Below, piece after piece: positions 10,039-20,915 of a stretch of 64,000 bases of DNA (positions are counted from its first letter, which is position 1; every line of letters starts with the position of its first letter). This DNA comes from an uncultured Actinomycetota bacterium. GTDB lineage: Bacteria > Actinomycetota > Humimicrobiia > Humimicrobiales > Humimicrobiaceae. Where the stretch lies: positions 17,534 through 81,533 of the forward strand of contig CAZSXW010000006.1 of NCBI GenBank assembly GCA_964610385.1. Direction: 5' to 3'. The notes beneath the pieces are model-generated. The model ran no database searches, was not told the DNA's origin, and worked only from the letters and a program-made list of their open reading frames with translations. The position numbers and the translations under genes are program-made.

Positions 10039-10770
10039 TTGATCAGACAGAAGTTATTTAATTTTTTAAAAAAGCAGACCTCAAGAGTGCTGCAGGAGAA
10101 GACTGATTTGATAATAGTATCAGTTTTTCTAATTATGATCATATTCTGTATTATAAGTAGCGCTGTATTTCAAAGAGATGACCAAGAAGCTCCTCAGGAT
10201 CGATTGGAAGTTGCCGGTATCTATGAAAGCAACCTTGCCGCTGTAAGTGAGGGTTCTGCTGGAGATGACATTTCGGAGCCGGCCGGTTCGGATCCATCAG
10301 GCGCATCGGCAGATGAAGAAATACAGGAGGAGAACAGCGGGATGGATGATTTGGTTCTGGAACCTGAAGGAGAACAGATTATTGATTTCAGCAATAGTGA
10401 TAATTTTAAAATTGAAGTAGACATTAAAAAACAGAGAGCGTTCGTATATTATAAAGGAGAGATCATAAAGGAGATGATATGCTCCTCGGGAGCTGACAGT
10501 TCACCTACCCCTACGGGGGAATTTACTACCTCACAGAAGATCGAATATGATTGGGTAGACAGGTTTGATATGGGAGCATATTACTGGATCAGATTTTATA
10601 AGAGTTATCTTTTTCACAGTATTCCTTTTGATAAAGACGGAAATATGATCGTTGAGGAATATGAAAAACTTGGAAGCCCTGCAAGTCATGGTTGTATCAG
10701 ATTGGACTTGAAAAATGCAAAGTGGCTGTATGAGAAGCTGCCGTTAGGGGTAAAGGTGTGGATATATTGA
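10039..10770 (+). CDS. L,D-transpeptidase (YkuD domain), membrane-anchored with acidic linker
   Basis: C-terminal catalytic motif HGCIRL; N-terminal TM helix; acidic low-complexity linker. Confidence 0.7.
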   Translation: MIRQKLFNFLKKQTSRVLQEKTDLIIVSVFLIMIIFCIISSAVFQRDDQEAPQDRLEVAGIYESNLAAVSEGSAGDDISEPAGSDPSGASADEEIQEENSGMDDLVLEPEGEQIIDFSNSDNFKIEVDIKKQRAFVYYKGEIIKEMICSSGADSSPTPTGEFTTSQKIEYDWVDRFDMGAYYWIRFYKSYLFHSIPFDKDGNMIVEEYEKLGSPASHGCIRLDLKNAKWLYEKLPLGVKVWIY

Positions 10771-10956
10771 CAGCTGCACATAGGTACTGATTTAAAGTCA
10801 TAATAAAACCATTTTAACTAAAAAAGTATCCTGTTTATTAATTGACAAAATAAACCCCTGGAACATAGTATATAATAATGTCGAATATCACAATTTATGC
10901 GACACTTTTTAAGCCGATGTGATACTGGAGTCTTTATTGCTTCAAATTACCTGTCT

Positions 10957-11580
10957 TTATCCATAAATTATTATCACTACAATCCAACAAGTTGCAGCAG
11001 CTATAGAGCAAAGGGAATAGTATTTTCTGCTTCTAATGAAAGAAACACCAATCTGTTTTACCAAGGCTACAGCGGGAAAGACTACCCCCCCTATCAATCC
11101 AGCCACAAGACCCTTGGATAAAATAGTAGGAATAAGGACAGCCAGATCACCAAGCCGTAGTTTAGCATCTGAAAAGAATAAAGGAGTAACAATCTGACTC
11201 ATCACATAGGCGAGAGTATAACAGGCATAAGCAGTGACTATGCCTGCACATATTTTAATACTTATACTTTCTGCTTTTTCTATATTTGAAGAGAAGGTAA
11301 ACCAGACCAGCTCAAAGACAGCTCCCTCGGCGACGACTGCTATAACTGAACAAATTACACATCCTCCTAATGGATTGAAAGCTATTAGAGCTGCCGCTAC
11401 AAGTGCCATTCCTGCCTGCATGCCTTTTTGATTATATATAAATCTCGTGGCTGTCATTATTCCTAGAGCTACAACTCCAGTAAGCACACTTCCCGGAAGA
11501 TGACTTCCCAGGACACACTCCAATAGACCCCAGATAGAACCGAAAACCACTACTCCCAATATTATTTTTGTTTTATTCAT
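10957..11580 (-). CDS. polytopic membrane protein (possible ECF-type substrate-capture component)
   Basis: About 5-6 TM helices; overlaps the upstream gene by 4 bp; co-oriented with mobA and the fdh genes. Function not recognised. Confidence 0.35.
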   Translation of the reverse strand: MNKTKIILGVVVFGSIWGLLECVLGSHLPGSVLTGVVALGIMTATRFIYNQKGMQAGMALVAAALIAFNPLGGCVICSVIAVVAEGAVFELVWFTFSSNIEKAESISIKICAGIVTAYACYTLAYVMSQIVTPLFFSDAKLRLGDLAVLIPTILSKGLVAGLIGGVVFPAVALVKQIGVSFIRSRKYYSLCSIAAATCWIVVIIIYG

Positions 11581-11984
11581 TTCTCCCTTATCTCTATTTT
11601 AGTTGTATTTTTTATCCAATACTGTTGAGGCAAATCAGAGAAAACAACTCGTTTTTCACTGGTAAATATCCCTTCTTGAATACTTTCCCACTCCACTGTT
11701 TTTTGATATCCATCTTCTGCTATTATCGTATATTCCTGTGCTTCCGGATTTTCTATTCCTGCTTTGTTAATAATTTCTGCCAGAGACACTCCCTGATATT
11801 CTTCTACTGTTGTTAACTCTGAGGTGTCGAAAAGCTCATTGAGAGAAAATTCTGTTTCTCCTACAAGTAAACCTTCGGTCTTCTCGGTACCCTTAAATAA
11901 AGTTACGTAAAGAGTAGACCCTACGCCAATAACTATTAAAATAGCCACCAGCAAAATGAGAAACCTTTTCTTTCCTTTCACCAT
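11577..11984 (-). CDS. membrane-anchored small exported protein. Its C-terminal pattern is reminiscent of the Mo-oxidoreductase (YedY/sulfite-oxidase-like) or DUF4430 beta-domain.
   Basis: N-terminal TM anchor, then GVSLAEIINKAG...IIAEDGY...LPQQYWIKNTTKIEI. It is too short for a complete Mo-binding domain. Confidence 0.3.
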   Translation of the reverse strand: MVKGKKRFLILLVAILIVIGVGSTLYVTLFKGTEKTEGLLVGETEFSLNELFDTSELTTVEEYQGVSLAEIINKAGIENPEAQEYTIIAEDGYQKTVEWESIQEGIFTSEKRVVFSDLPQQYWIKNTTKIEIREK

Positions 11985-12026
11985 TTACCTCCTTACCTTA
12001 TGTAAGCTTTTATGATAAACATTGTA

Positions 12027-12611
12027 TTATCTGTTATTTACTATTCTTCTCGCCTTCTTTAAATGAAATGGCGTATTAATATTAAAGAAAAACTCCCGCC
12101 AATTTCCGAATTTTTCCATCTCTTCTTCCGTAATGTATTTCACCTTTACCTTAGGAAAAATAGATTGAATACTGCAGGTCCCTTGCTCTATATTCTCTTT
12201 TATCACAGGAATGATACTTTTTGAATACACGGCATGTAAGGGCTCAAAACGTTCACCGTATTTGGGAATCAGCACATTATAATCAGTCTTTTTTCTAACC
12301 ATATATTGAATTAAGTCTATATTAAGAAAAGGCATATCACAGCCACAAATAAAGTTATATTTACTTTGGGATACTGATAGTCCTGTATAAATTCCTCCTA
12401 AAGGTCCTTTTTCAGAAACTATATCTTTTACTAATCTTACTTCTGAAAATCGGCAATCAGGAAAAGAGTTACAGATTATAAAAACATCATCGAAAACGAT
12501 TTTTAGTTTTTCTACAATTGTCTCTATTACCAGATTTTTATTAATTTGTAGCAAGAGTTTATTTTTTTTCATCCGCCGGCTTTTTCCTCCGGCGAGAATT
12601 ATACCAGTCAT
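12027..12611 (-). CDS. mobA: molybdenum cofactor guanylyltransferase MobA
   Basis: N-terminal GIILAGGKSRRM motif and MobA length; sits in the fdh operon. Confidence 0.75.
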   Translation of the reverse strand: MTGIILAGGKSRRMKKNKLLLQINKNLVIETIVEKLKIVFDDVFIICNSFPDCRFSEVRLVKDIVSEKGPLGGIYTGLSVSQSKYNFICGCDMPFLNIDLIQYMVRKKTDYNVLIPKYGERFEPLHAVYSKSIIPVIKENIEQGTCSIQSIFPKVKVKYITEEEMEKFGNWREFFFNINTPFHLKKARRIVNNR

Positions 12612-12624
12612 TTTGTCTCTTTTT

Positions 12625-13914
12625 TTATATTTTACAAACCCCTGTGGGGCATCTTCCTTTTATATGTTCGGTGATCTCTTCTTGAAAATATTTTAAAATC
12701 GTGGAAATGGGTAAAATCAGCGATTGGCCAAGAGCACAAAGAGAAGTCTTTTGCATCACTTTGGCCATATGAAGTATTAGATCAATATCATCCTCCTTAC
12801 CCTTTCCCCGGGAAATAGCAGTGGCTAGTTCTAGAAGTTTTTTTGTTCCTGCTCGACAAGGAGTGCACTTGCCACAGGACTCGCGTTTAAAAAAGTTCAA
12901 GAAACATTTTAGCATATCCAGAGCACAGGTAGTCTCGTCCATTACCAGGATAGCTCCCGAGCCCAAGATTAGTCCTTTTTCTCCGAGAGAGGTGTAATCG
13001 AGAGGTACATCAAGCATATCCTCACCTAAGATAGCTCCCACTGCTCCTCCTACTTGAGCCATTTTAAATTTACCGTCTCGCATCCCATGAGCATAACGAG
13101 TAATAATTTCTCTTAAAGTGATACCCATGGGGGCTTCAATCAAACCGGCCTCTTTAACCTGCCCCGATATTGCATAAACCTTTGTTCCCGGGCACTCTTT
13201 TGTTCCAGAAGTCCTGAACCAATCTGCACCCTTAAGAATAATAGGAGCGATATTGGCTAATGTTTCTACATTATTGATAAGTGTTGGTTTCCCCCAAAGA
13301 CCGCTACTTGAAGGAAAGGGTGGTTTAAAGCGGGGAGTACTGCGTTTACCTTCCAGAGATTCTATTAAAGCAGTCTCTTCCCCACAAACATAGGAACCTG
13401 CCCCCTGATGAATCTCGATCTGGAAGTCGAATCCGCTTCCAAGAATATCCTCACCTAAGAATCTATGCTCTCTGGCCTGTTTGAGTGCCTTATTGAATCG
13501 GTTAATGGAAAGGAGATATTCTCCACGAATATAAATATAGCCGTAATGGGCACCCACAGCATATCCAGCAATTATCATTCCCTCGATAATCTTATGGGGA
13601 TCACCTTCTAAAATAGCCCTATCCTTAAATGTTCCTGGCTCTCCCTCATCAGCATTACAGATAATATATTTAGGAGCATCTTTTGCTTTAGCTGTAAACT
13701 CCCATTTTAAACCGGTGGGAAATGCTGCTCCGCCCCGGCCTTGCAGGCCTGAGGCCTTAATTTCACTGAGTACTTGCTTCGGTTTCATCTCCCGTAAAAC
13801 CTTACCCACTGCTTTGTAACCATCTTGAACAATATATTCTTCAATGCTTTCCGGATTAATCCTGCCATAATTCTCCAGGACAACTCGCAGTGGACTTTTT
13901 AGTTCTTTTATCAT
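12625..13914 (-). CDS. NAD-dependent formate dehydrogenase beta / NuoF-like flavoprotein subunit (FMN, 4Fe-4S)
   Basis: NuoF motifs GLQGRGGAAFPTGLKW and CGKCTPCR. Confidence 0.85.
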   Translation of the reverse strand: MIKELKSPLRVVLENYGRINPESIEEYIVQDGYKAVGKVLREMKPKQVLSEIKASGLQGRGGAAFPTGLKWEFTAKAKDAPKYIICNADEGEPGTFKDRAILEGDPHKIIEGMIIAGYAVGAHYGYIYIRGEYLLSINRFNKALKQAREHRFLGEDILGSGFDFQIEIHQGAGSYVCGEETALIESLEGKRSTPRFKPPFPSSSGLWGKPTLINNVETLANIAPIILKGADWFRTSGTKECPGTKVYAISGQVKEAGLIEAPMGITLREIITRYAHGMRDGKFKMAQVGGAVGAILGEDMLDVPLDYTSLGEKGLILGSGAILVMDETTCALDMLKCFLNFFKRESCGKCTPCRAGTKKLLELATAISRGKGKEDDIDLILHMAKVMQKTSLCALGQSLILPISTILKYFQEEITEHIKGRCPTGVCKI

Positions 13915-14348
13915 TTCTTCTTCCTTAACTCTCTCAAAATTTCTCTAATTTTTTGGGGAGTCAAGTTGTCGTAAACTTTCTCATTAATCATCATTGCCGG
14001 TGCTTCATTACATATCCCCAGACAACTTACCTCTTCTATAGTAAACTTGCCATCGGCTGTTGTTTCTCCAACTTTAATCTTTAATTCTTTCTCTAAAACT
14101 TTAAAAATACTCTTCGACCCCATTAGGTGACAGGGTCCACTGTCGCAAATCCGAATTACATACTCACCCCGCGGTTTTAAGCTAAACAGTGAGTAAAAAG
14201 TAGCCACACCATAAACCTCGCTATAACTTAAACCTGCCTCCTGAGCAATAAGCTTCAACTTATATTCAGTAATGTAATTATGCTTGTTTGCCCTTTGCTC
14301 TTTGTTTAAAAGGGCAATGATATCTTTTTCTTTATTTCTTAACTTCAT
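13911..14348 (-). CDS. NuoE-like [2Fe-2S] thioredoxin-like ferredoxin subunit
   Basis: Cys pattern CDSGPC...CLGICNEAP; 4-bp overlap with the nuoF-like gene. Confidence 0.85.
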   Translation of the reverse strand: MKLRNKEKDIIALLNKEQRANKHNYITEYKLKLIAQEAGLSYSEVYGVATFYSLFSLKPRGEYVIRICDSGPCHLMGSKSIFKVLEKELKIKVGETTADGKFTIEEVSCLGICNEAPAMMINEKVYDNLTPQKIREILRELRKKK

Positions 14349-14350
14349 TT

Positions 14351-17047
14351 TTAAATTCTTTCTATCTTTACGGCTGACACTTTATATTCAGGAATTTTAG
14401 CCACAGGGTCTAGAGCATCATTGGTTAAAAGGTTTGCTGCTGATTCCGCAAAATGGAAAGTCATAAAGACTACTCCCTTATCCACACGGTCGGTGATTTT
14501 TACTTTAACTTTAAGCTTTCCACGACGTGAGCTTACCCTCACCCAATCATTATTTTTAATTTTTAATTTTTCTGCGTCTTGTGGATTAATCTCTAAAAAG
14601 CCTTTGGGGGCAATACTATCCAGTGGTTTTGACCTGCGGGATAAAGAGCCAGTATGAAAATGGTAGAGAACTCTACCCGTGGAGAGAAGGAAGGGATATT
14701 CTTTATTGGGTAGTTCTGCTGGGGGAATATAATCTACAGGAGTAAAAAGACCCCTTCCCCGAGTAAATTTATCTTTATGTAAATAGGGTGTACCTGGATG
14801 TTCGCGACTCGGGCACGGCCACTGTAAGCCCTGTCCTTCTAAGCGATTAAAATGGACACCGCCATAAATAGGAGTTAAAGAAGCAATCTCGTCCATTATC
14901 TCTCTTGGCGAATGATAAGCTATTGGATAGCCCATTCTCTTACCTATTTCCATGATAATCTTCCAGTCCTCTTTGCTTTTTCCAATGGGAGGAATTGCCT
15001 TATGTAGAAGCTGAATTCTGCGGCATGTATTGGTGAAAGTTCCCTCTTTTTCAGCAAAAGATACGCCAGGAAGGACCACATCAGCGAGTTCGGCTGTCTC
15101 AGTTAAAAAAATATCCTGAACTACTAAGAAATCAAGGTTTTCCAGTCCTTCTCTTACATGATTAAGATTGGGATCGCTGAGCATAGGATTTTCACCCATT
15201 ATGTAAAGCCCTTTAATCTCACCTTTGCTTGCTGCATCTATGATCTCTACTACAGTTAGCCCTTCCTTTGAAGGAAGCTTTACTCCCCAGGTGGTTTCAA
15301 AGTTCTCTCTAATTTTCGCCTCACTTACCCTCTGGTAACCCGGAAAAACATTGGGTAAGGCTCCCAAATCACAAGCACCCTGGACATTATTCTGTCCACG
15401 TAGAGGATTAACACCAGTACCTTCTCGCCCCACATTGCCGCAGAGCATAGCTAAATTGGCCAGGGATAAAACATTATCAGTCCCTGTAGTATGTTGAGTT
15501 ATACCCATAGCAAAAACAATAGAGCCTCTATCTGCTTTTCCATACATTCTTGCAGCAGTAATCAATTTTTCTTCAGGTATACCGGTAATTTTCTCTACTT
15601 TTCCAGGAGTATATTTAGAGACTACTTTCCTGAATTCATCAAAGTTTTCTGTACGATTTCTTAAGAATTCTTTATTATAAAGGCCTTCATTAATAATTAC
15701 ATTCATCAGACCATTAATCCATGCAACATCGGTTCCACTTTTTTGCCTTAACCAGATTTCGGCATATTCAGTTAACTCGATTGCTCGTGGGTCTACTACT
15801 ATTAATTTTGTACCATTATAAGCTGCCAGGTGTTTAAAATAGCTTCCAATTATCGGGTGGTTCTCCGTAGTATTAGAACCGGTTACTAAAATGACATCTG
15901 CTCTCTCAAAATCCCAGATAGAATTGGTCATTGCTCCACTGCCAAAAGCGCGAGCAAGGCCAGCCACAGTAGAAGCATGACAAAGACGAGCACAGTGGTC
16001 AACATTATTAGTGCCGAAGCAGATGCGGATAAACTTTTGAAATAGATAATTTTCCTCATTAGTACACTTAGCTGATGATAATCCAGCTAAAGCATCACTG
16101 CCGTATTTATCCTTCAATTCCTTAAATTTAGTGGTTACTAAATTTAGCGCTTCATCCCAGCTTGCTTCTTCAAATTTTCCATTGTGTTTAATTAAGGGAG
16201 TAGTAAGGCGGTCTTTGTGATGGACATAGTCAAGTCCAAAACGTCCTTTAACACAGAGACTTCCTTTATTGTCAGGACCCTTCTCAACTCCATAGACTTT
16301 TACGATTCTATCATTTTTAATGTTTAATTCTATCTGACAGCCAACTCCACAATAAGGGCAAGTAGTTTGTACTTTTCGAAACTCCCAGCTCCTACCTTGA
16401 AACCGGGCTAATTTTTCAGTTAATGCACCAGTAGGGCATGCTTGGATGCAAGCTCCACAAGAGACACAGTCAGTGTCTGCCAGCGGTTGGTCTAATCCCG
16501 AAATAAGAAATGTACCGCTGCCGCGATCAGCAAAATTTAATACCCTCTGAACTGTAATTTCGGCACAGGCACGCACACATCGTCCACAAAGAATACATTT
16601 ATTAAGATCTTTTTGGATTACCGGGCTGGAATCTTCAATAGGCTCAATTGACTTACTGACGGGAAAACGTATCCTATCAATACCCAATTCATAAGCTAGA
16701 TCCTGAAGCTCACACTGACCATTACTCTCACAAAATAAACAATCATGCTCATGCTCTGATAGGATTAGTTCTACAATCAATTTCCGCGCATCATCTATTT
16801 CCTCATCGGAGGTTATAACATTCATCCCTTCAACTACTTCTGTTGTACAGGCAGTTTCCCAGCTTGGCCTATCATTAATCTTTACCATGCAGACCCGACA
16901 GCTTCCAGCAATACTTAAGCCTTTTTTATAGCATAAATGAGGAATTTTAATTCCATTGGCTAAAGCTACCTCCATGATGGTAGAACCTTTTTCTGCCTGA
17001 ATAAGTTTGCCATTAATAGTTAGATTTACTGTATTGTTCTTTTCCAA
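14351..17047 (-). CDS. fdhA: formate dehydrogenase alpha subunit, molybdopterin/tungstopterin, cysteine-type (NAD-dependent FdhA with NuoG-like N-terminus)
   Basis: N-terminal 2Fe-2S plus several 4Fe-4S Cys clusters and a molybdopterin oxidoreductase body. The active-site context ARLCHASTVAGL has Cys, not a TGA/Sec codon. Confidence 0.9.
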   Translation of the reverse strand: MEKNNTVNLTINGKLIQAEKGSTIMEVALANGIKIPHLCYKKGLSIAGSCRVCMVKINDRPSWETACTTEVVEGMNVITSDEEIDDARKLIVELILSEHEHDCLFCESNGQCELQDLAYELGIDRIRFPVSKSIEPIEDSSPVIQKDLNKCILCGRCVRACAEITVQRVLNFADRGSGTFLISGLDQPLADTDCVSCGACIQACPTGALTEKLARFQGRSWEFRKVQTTCPYCGVGCQIELNIKNDRIVKVYGVEKGPDNKGSLCVKGRFGLDYVHHKDRLTTPLIKHNGKFEEASWDEALNLVTTKFKELKDKYGSDALAGLSSAKCTNEENYLFQKFIRICFGTNNVDHCARLCHASTVAGLARAFGSGAMTNSIWDFERADVILVTGSNTTENHPIIGSYFKHLAAYNGTKLIVVDPRAIELTEYAEIWLRQKSGTDVAWINGLMNVIINEGLYNKEFLRNRTENFDEFRKVVSKYTPGKVEKITGIPEEKLITAARMYGKADRGSIVFAMGITQHTTGTDNVLSLANLAMLCGNVGREGTGVNPLRGQNNVQGACDLGALPNVFPGYQRVSEAKIRENFETTWGVKLPSKEGLTVVEIIDAASKGEIKGLYIMGENPMLSDPNLNHVREGLENLDFLVVQDIFLTETAELADVVLPGVSFAEKEGTFTNTCRRIQLLHKAIPPIGKSKEDWKIIMEIGKRMGYPIAYHSPREIMDEIASLTPIYGGVHFNRLEGQGLQWPCPSREHPGTPYLHKDKFTRGRGLFTPVDYIPPAELPNKEYPFLLSTGRVLYHFHTGSLSRRSKPLDSIAPKGFLEINPQDAEKLKIKNNDWVRVSSRRGKLKVKVKITDRVDKGVVFMTFHFAESAANLLTNDALDPVAKIPEYKVSAVKIERI

Positions 17048-17302
17048 ATTCTTCTTTAAATAATTTAATTTTAACAGTTTATCCTGAAGCTCTGAGTTTT
17101 TTTAAGCTTGGCTGGATTTATCTTATCGCAATTATTTTCTATTTTCTTCTTTTTATCTTTCAAAATATTATCTAAAACAAGATGATAAAAGTAAAGAGTT
17201 TAAAATTATTAGTTAGAATTAAAGTTTTAAATTATAAATGATATTATTAAAAGTATCGGATGCAATTATATAAGAAAATATTACAGAATTTATAAAATCA
17301 TA

Positions 17303-18487
17303 GTGTATTTAAAGAAATTAGAATTAAAGGACTATAGAAATTACAGTGACGTAAGTTTAAATTTAGATAAAAATACTATTCTCATATTAGGCAACAACGG
17401 CAACGGCAAAACAAACTTGCTGGAGTCAATATATTATTTATCTACAGGAAGGTCTCACAGGACGTACATCCAGGACGAGATAATCAGATGGGGAAGTGAG
17501 TACTCTATAATAAGGGCCCTGGTCGGATCTGAAAAGAACGATCAAAAGGATAATCTTATAGAAATTGAGCTGGGCAGAGATAATAATATTAAGATAAGAA
17601 TTAATGGGATATACCATAGGAAAAAATCTGCTTTTATATCCATTCTTCCTTCAGTTATATTTTCTCCAGATGATCTGAAGATTATAAAATCAGGGCCTCT
17701 GGATAGAAGAAATTTTCTTGATTCAATACTTGATAGAATAGATAAGCAATATTACAGACAGAGGCTTCAGTATAACAAAATTCTTACTCAAAGAAACAGC
17801 CTGGTCAAAAGCATCAGTGGTGGGACCAAAAACGCTGCATTATCTACCCTGGAAGTTTGGAATGAAAATATAATCAAATATGGTACTGGCATAATAGAGA
17901 AAAGAAGCAGTCTGCTGGCTGAATTCAGAAATGAGTTTAAAGGTTATATGAATGATTTTTTCAAAGGAGTAGAAGTAGACCTCTTTTATATATTCAGCTG
18001 GGATAGAGGAGAAGACTCTTATAACCAGGTAGTCAATAGCGGTGATGAAATTATAGAGAAAGACGGTCTTAGCGGAAGCGAGTTAAAGGATATATTCAGA
18101 TTAAAATTAAAGCAAAGCCTGGAAAAAGACCTTCTGTATAAAACTACGACTGTCGGGCCGCATAGGGATGATTTCATTATTTTACTGGATGGTAAGAATT
18201 TAAGATCCTTTGGCTCTCAGGGCCAGCAGAGAGCTGCTTCTATAAGTCTGAAGCTCTGCGAGTTGAACGTCCTTGAGAAGAGGTTCAAGAGAAATCCGGT
18301 ATTCCTTCTTGATGACGTATTTTCGGAACTTGACATCAGTAGAAGAAAAGTATTGGTAAAAGCCATAGGCAGCGGGTTTCAAACTTTTGTAACTACTACA
18401 AATATCAGTTACCTTGATAAACTGGACCTGGAGTTCGGGGATAAATTCTTAATAGAAGATAATAAAATAGCGGTCATAGGCCTGTGA
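17303..18487 (+). CDS. recF: DNA replication and repair protein RecF
   Basis: Walker A GNNGNGKTNLLESI and the RecF signature region; located upstream of gyrB. Confidence 0.9.
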   Translation: MYLKKLELKDYRNYSDVSLNLDKNTILILGNNGNGKTNLLESIYYLSTGRSHRTYIQDEIIRWGSEYSIIRALVGSEKNDQKDNLIEIELGRDNNIKIRINGIYHRKKSAFISILPSVIFSPDDLKIIKSGPLDRRNFLDSILDRIDKQYYRQRLQYNKILTQRNSLVKSISGGTKNAALSTLEVWNENIIKYGTGIIEKRSSLLAEFRNEFKGYMNDFFKGVEVDLFYIFSWDRGEDSYNQVVNSGDEIIEKDGLSGSELKDIFRLKLKQSLEKDLLYKTTTVGPHRDDFIILLDGKNLRSFGSQGQQRAASISLKLCELNVLEKRFKRNPVFLLDDVFSELDISRRKVLVKAIGSGFQTFVTTTNISYLDKLDLEFGDKFLIEDNKIAVIGL

Positions 18488-18508
18488 CCGGGAGTGTATA
18501 ATAGGACC

Positions 18509-18802
18509 ATGAAAAACTTCGAAGATATCGGCAGTATAATAGAAGGTATTATAAAAGATACGGATGTCAGACACAGATTAACCGAATCCAAGATTTTTAT
18601 TCATTGGAGAGAGATCGTTGGTACTGAAATATCCAAGAAAGCGAAGCCTGAAAGGATAAGCAGGGGAACGTTGTATGTATCTGTAACAACTTCCATATGG
18701 GCAAATGAACTAAGTCTTATGTCTGATAAACTTATTGAGAAAATCAATTCATTTATTGGTGGAGAATTGGTTAAAAAGATAAGATTTAAGCAAAATCTTT
18801 AG
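18509..18802 (+). CDS. DUF721 (YaaB/RemB-like) protein
   Basis: Conserved recF-gyrB spacer gene; pattern ...FIHWREIVG...GTLYVSV...W.NEL. Start set at the internal ATG, which has a GGGAG Shine-Dalgarno sequence. Confidence 0.6.
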   Translation: MKNFEDIGSIIEGIIKDTDVRHRLTESKIFIHWREIVGTEISKKAKPERISRGTLYVSVTTSIWANELSLMSDKLIEKINSFIGGELVKKIRFKQNL

Positions 18803-18986
18803 CCCATTTTAGGCAAATTTATAGTGAAATATGGTATAATAATCGTATGCTAAAATAGTAGAATTATAAGTCTTTTTTATAAAAAATATTTACATTTGAG
18901 TAAGAAAGGGTAATGGATTCCAAGATATTTTTATTGTCTTCTTGTTACCCTTTAACAATATTCTAAAAAGTAAATTATACATTTAA

Positions 18987-20903
<1,917 letters not shown>

Positions 20904-20915
20904 TTGGGAGTATAA

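Noticed and set aside
10771-10956. TTGACA…TATATA promoter candidate downstream of the L,D-transpeptidase gene
   Set aside because: The -35 to -10 spacing is about 21 bp, too long, and no downstream + strand gene uses it.
14351-17047. Possible selenocysteine (in-frame TGA) in FdhA
   Set aside because: The ORF is uninterrupted and the active-site position is encoded as Cys (ARLCHAST). No recoding event is needed.
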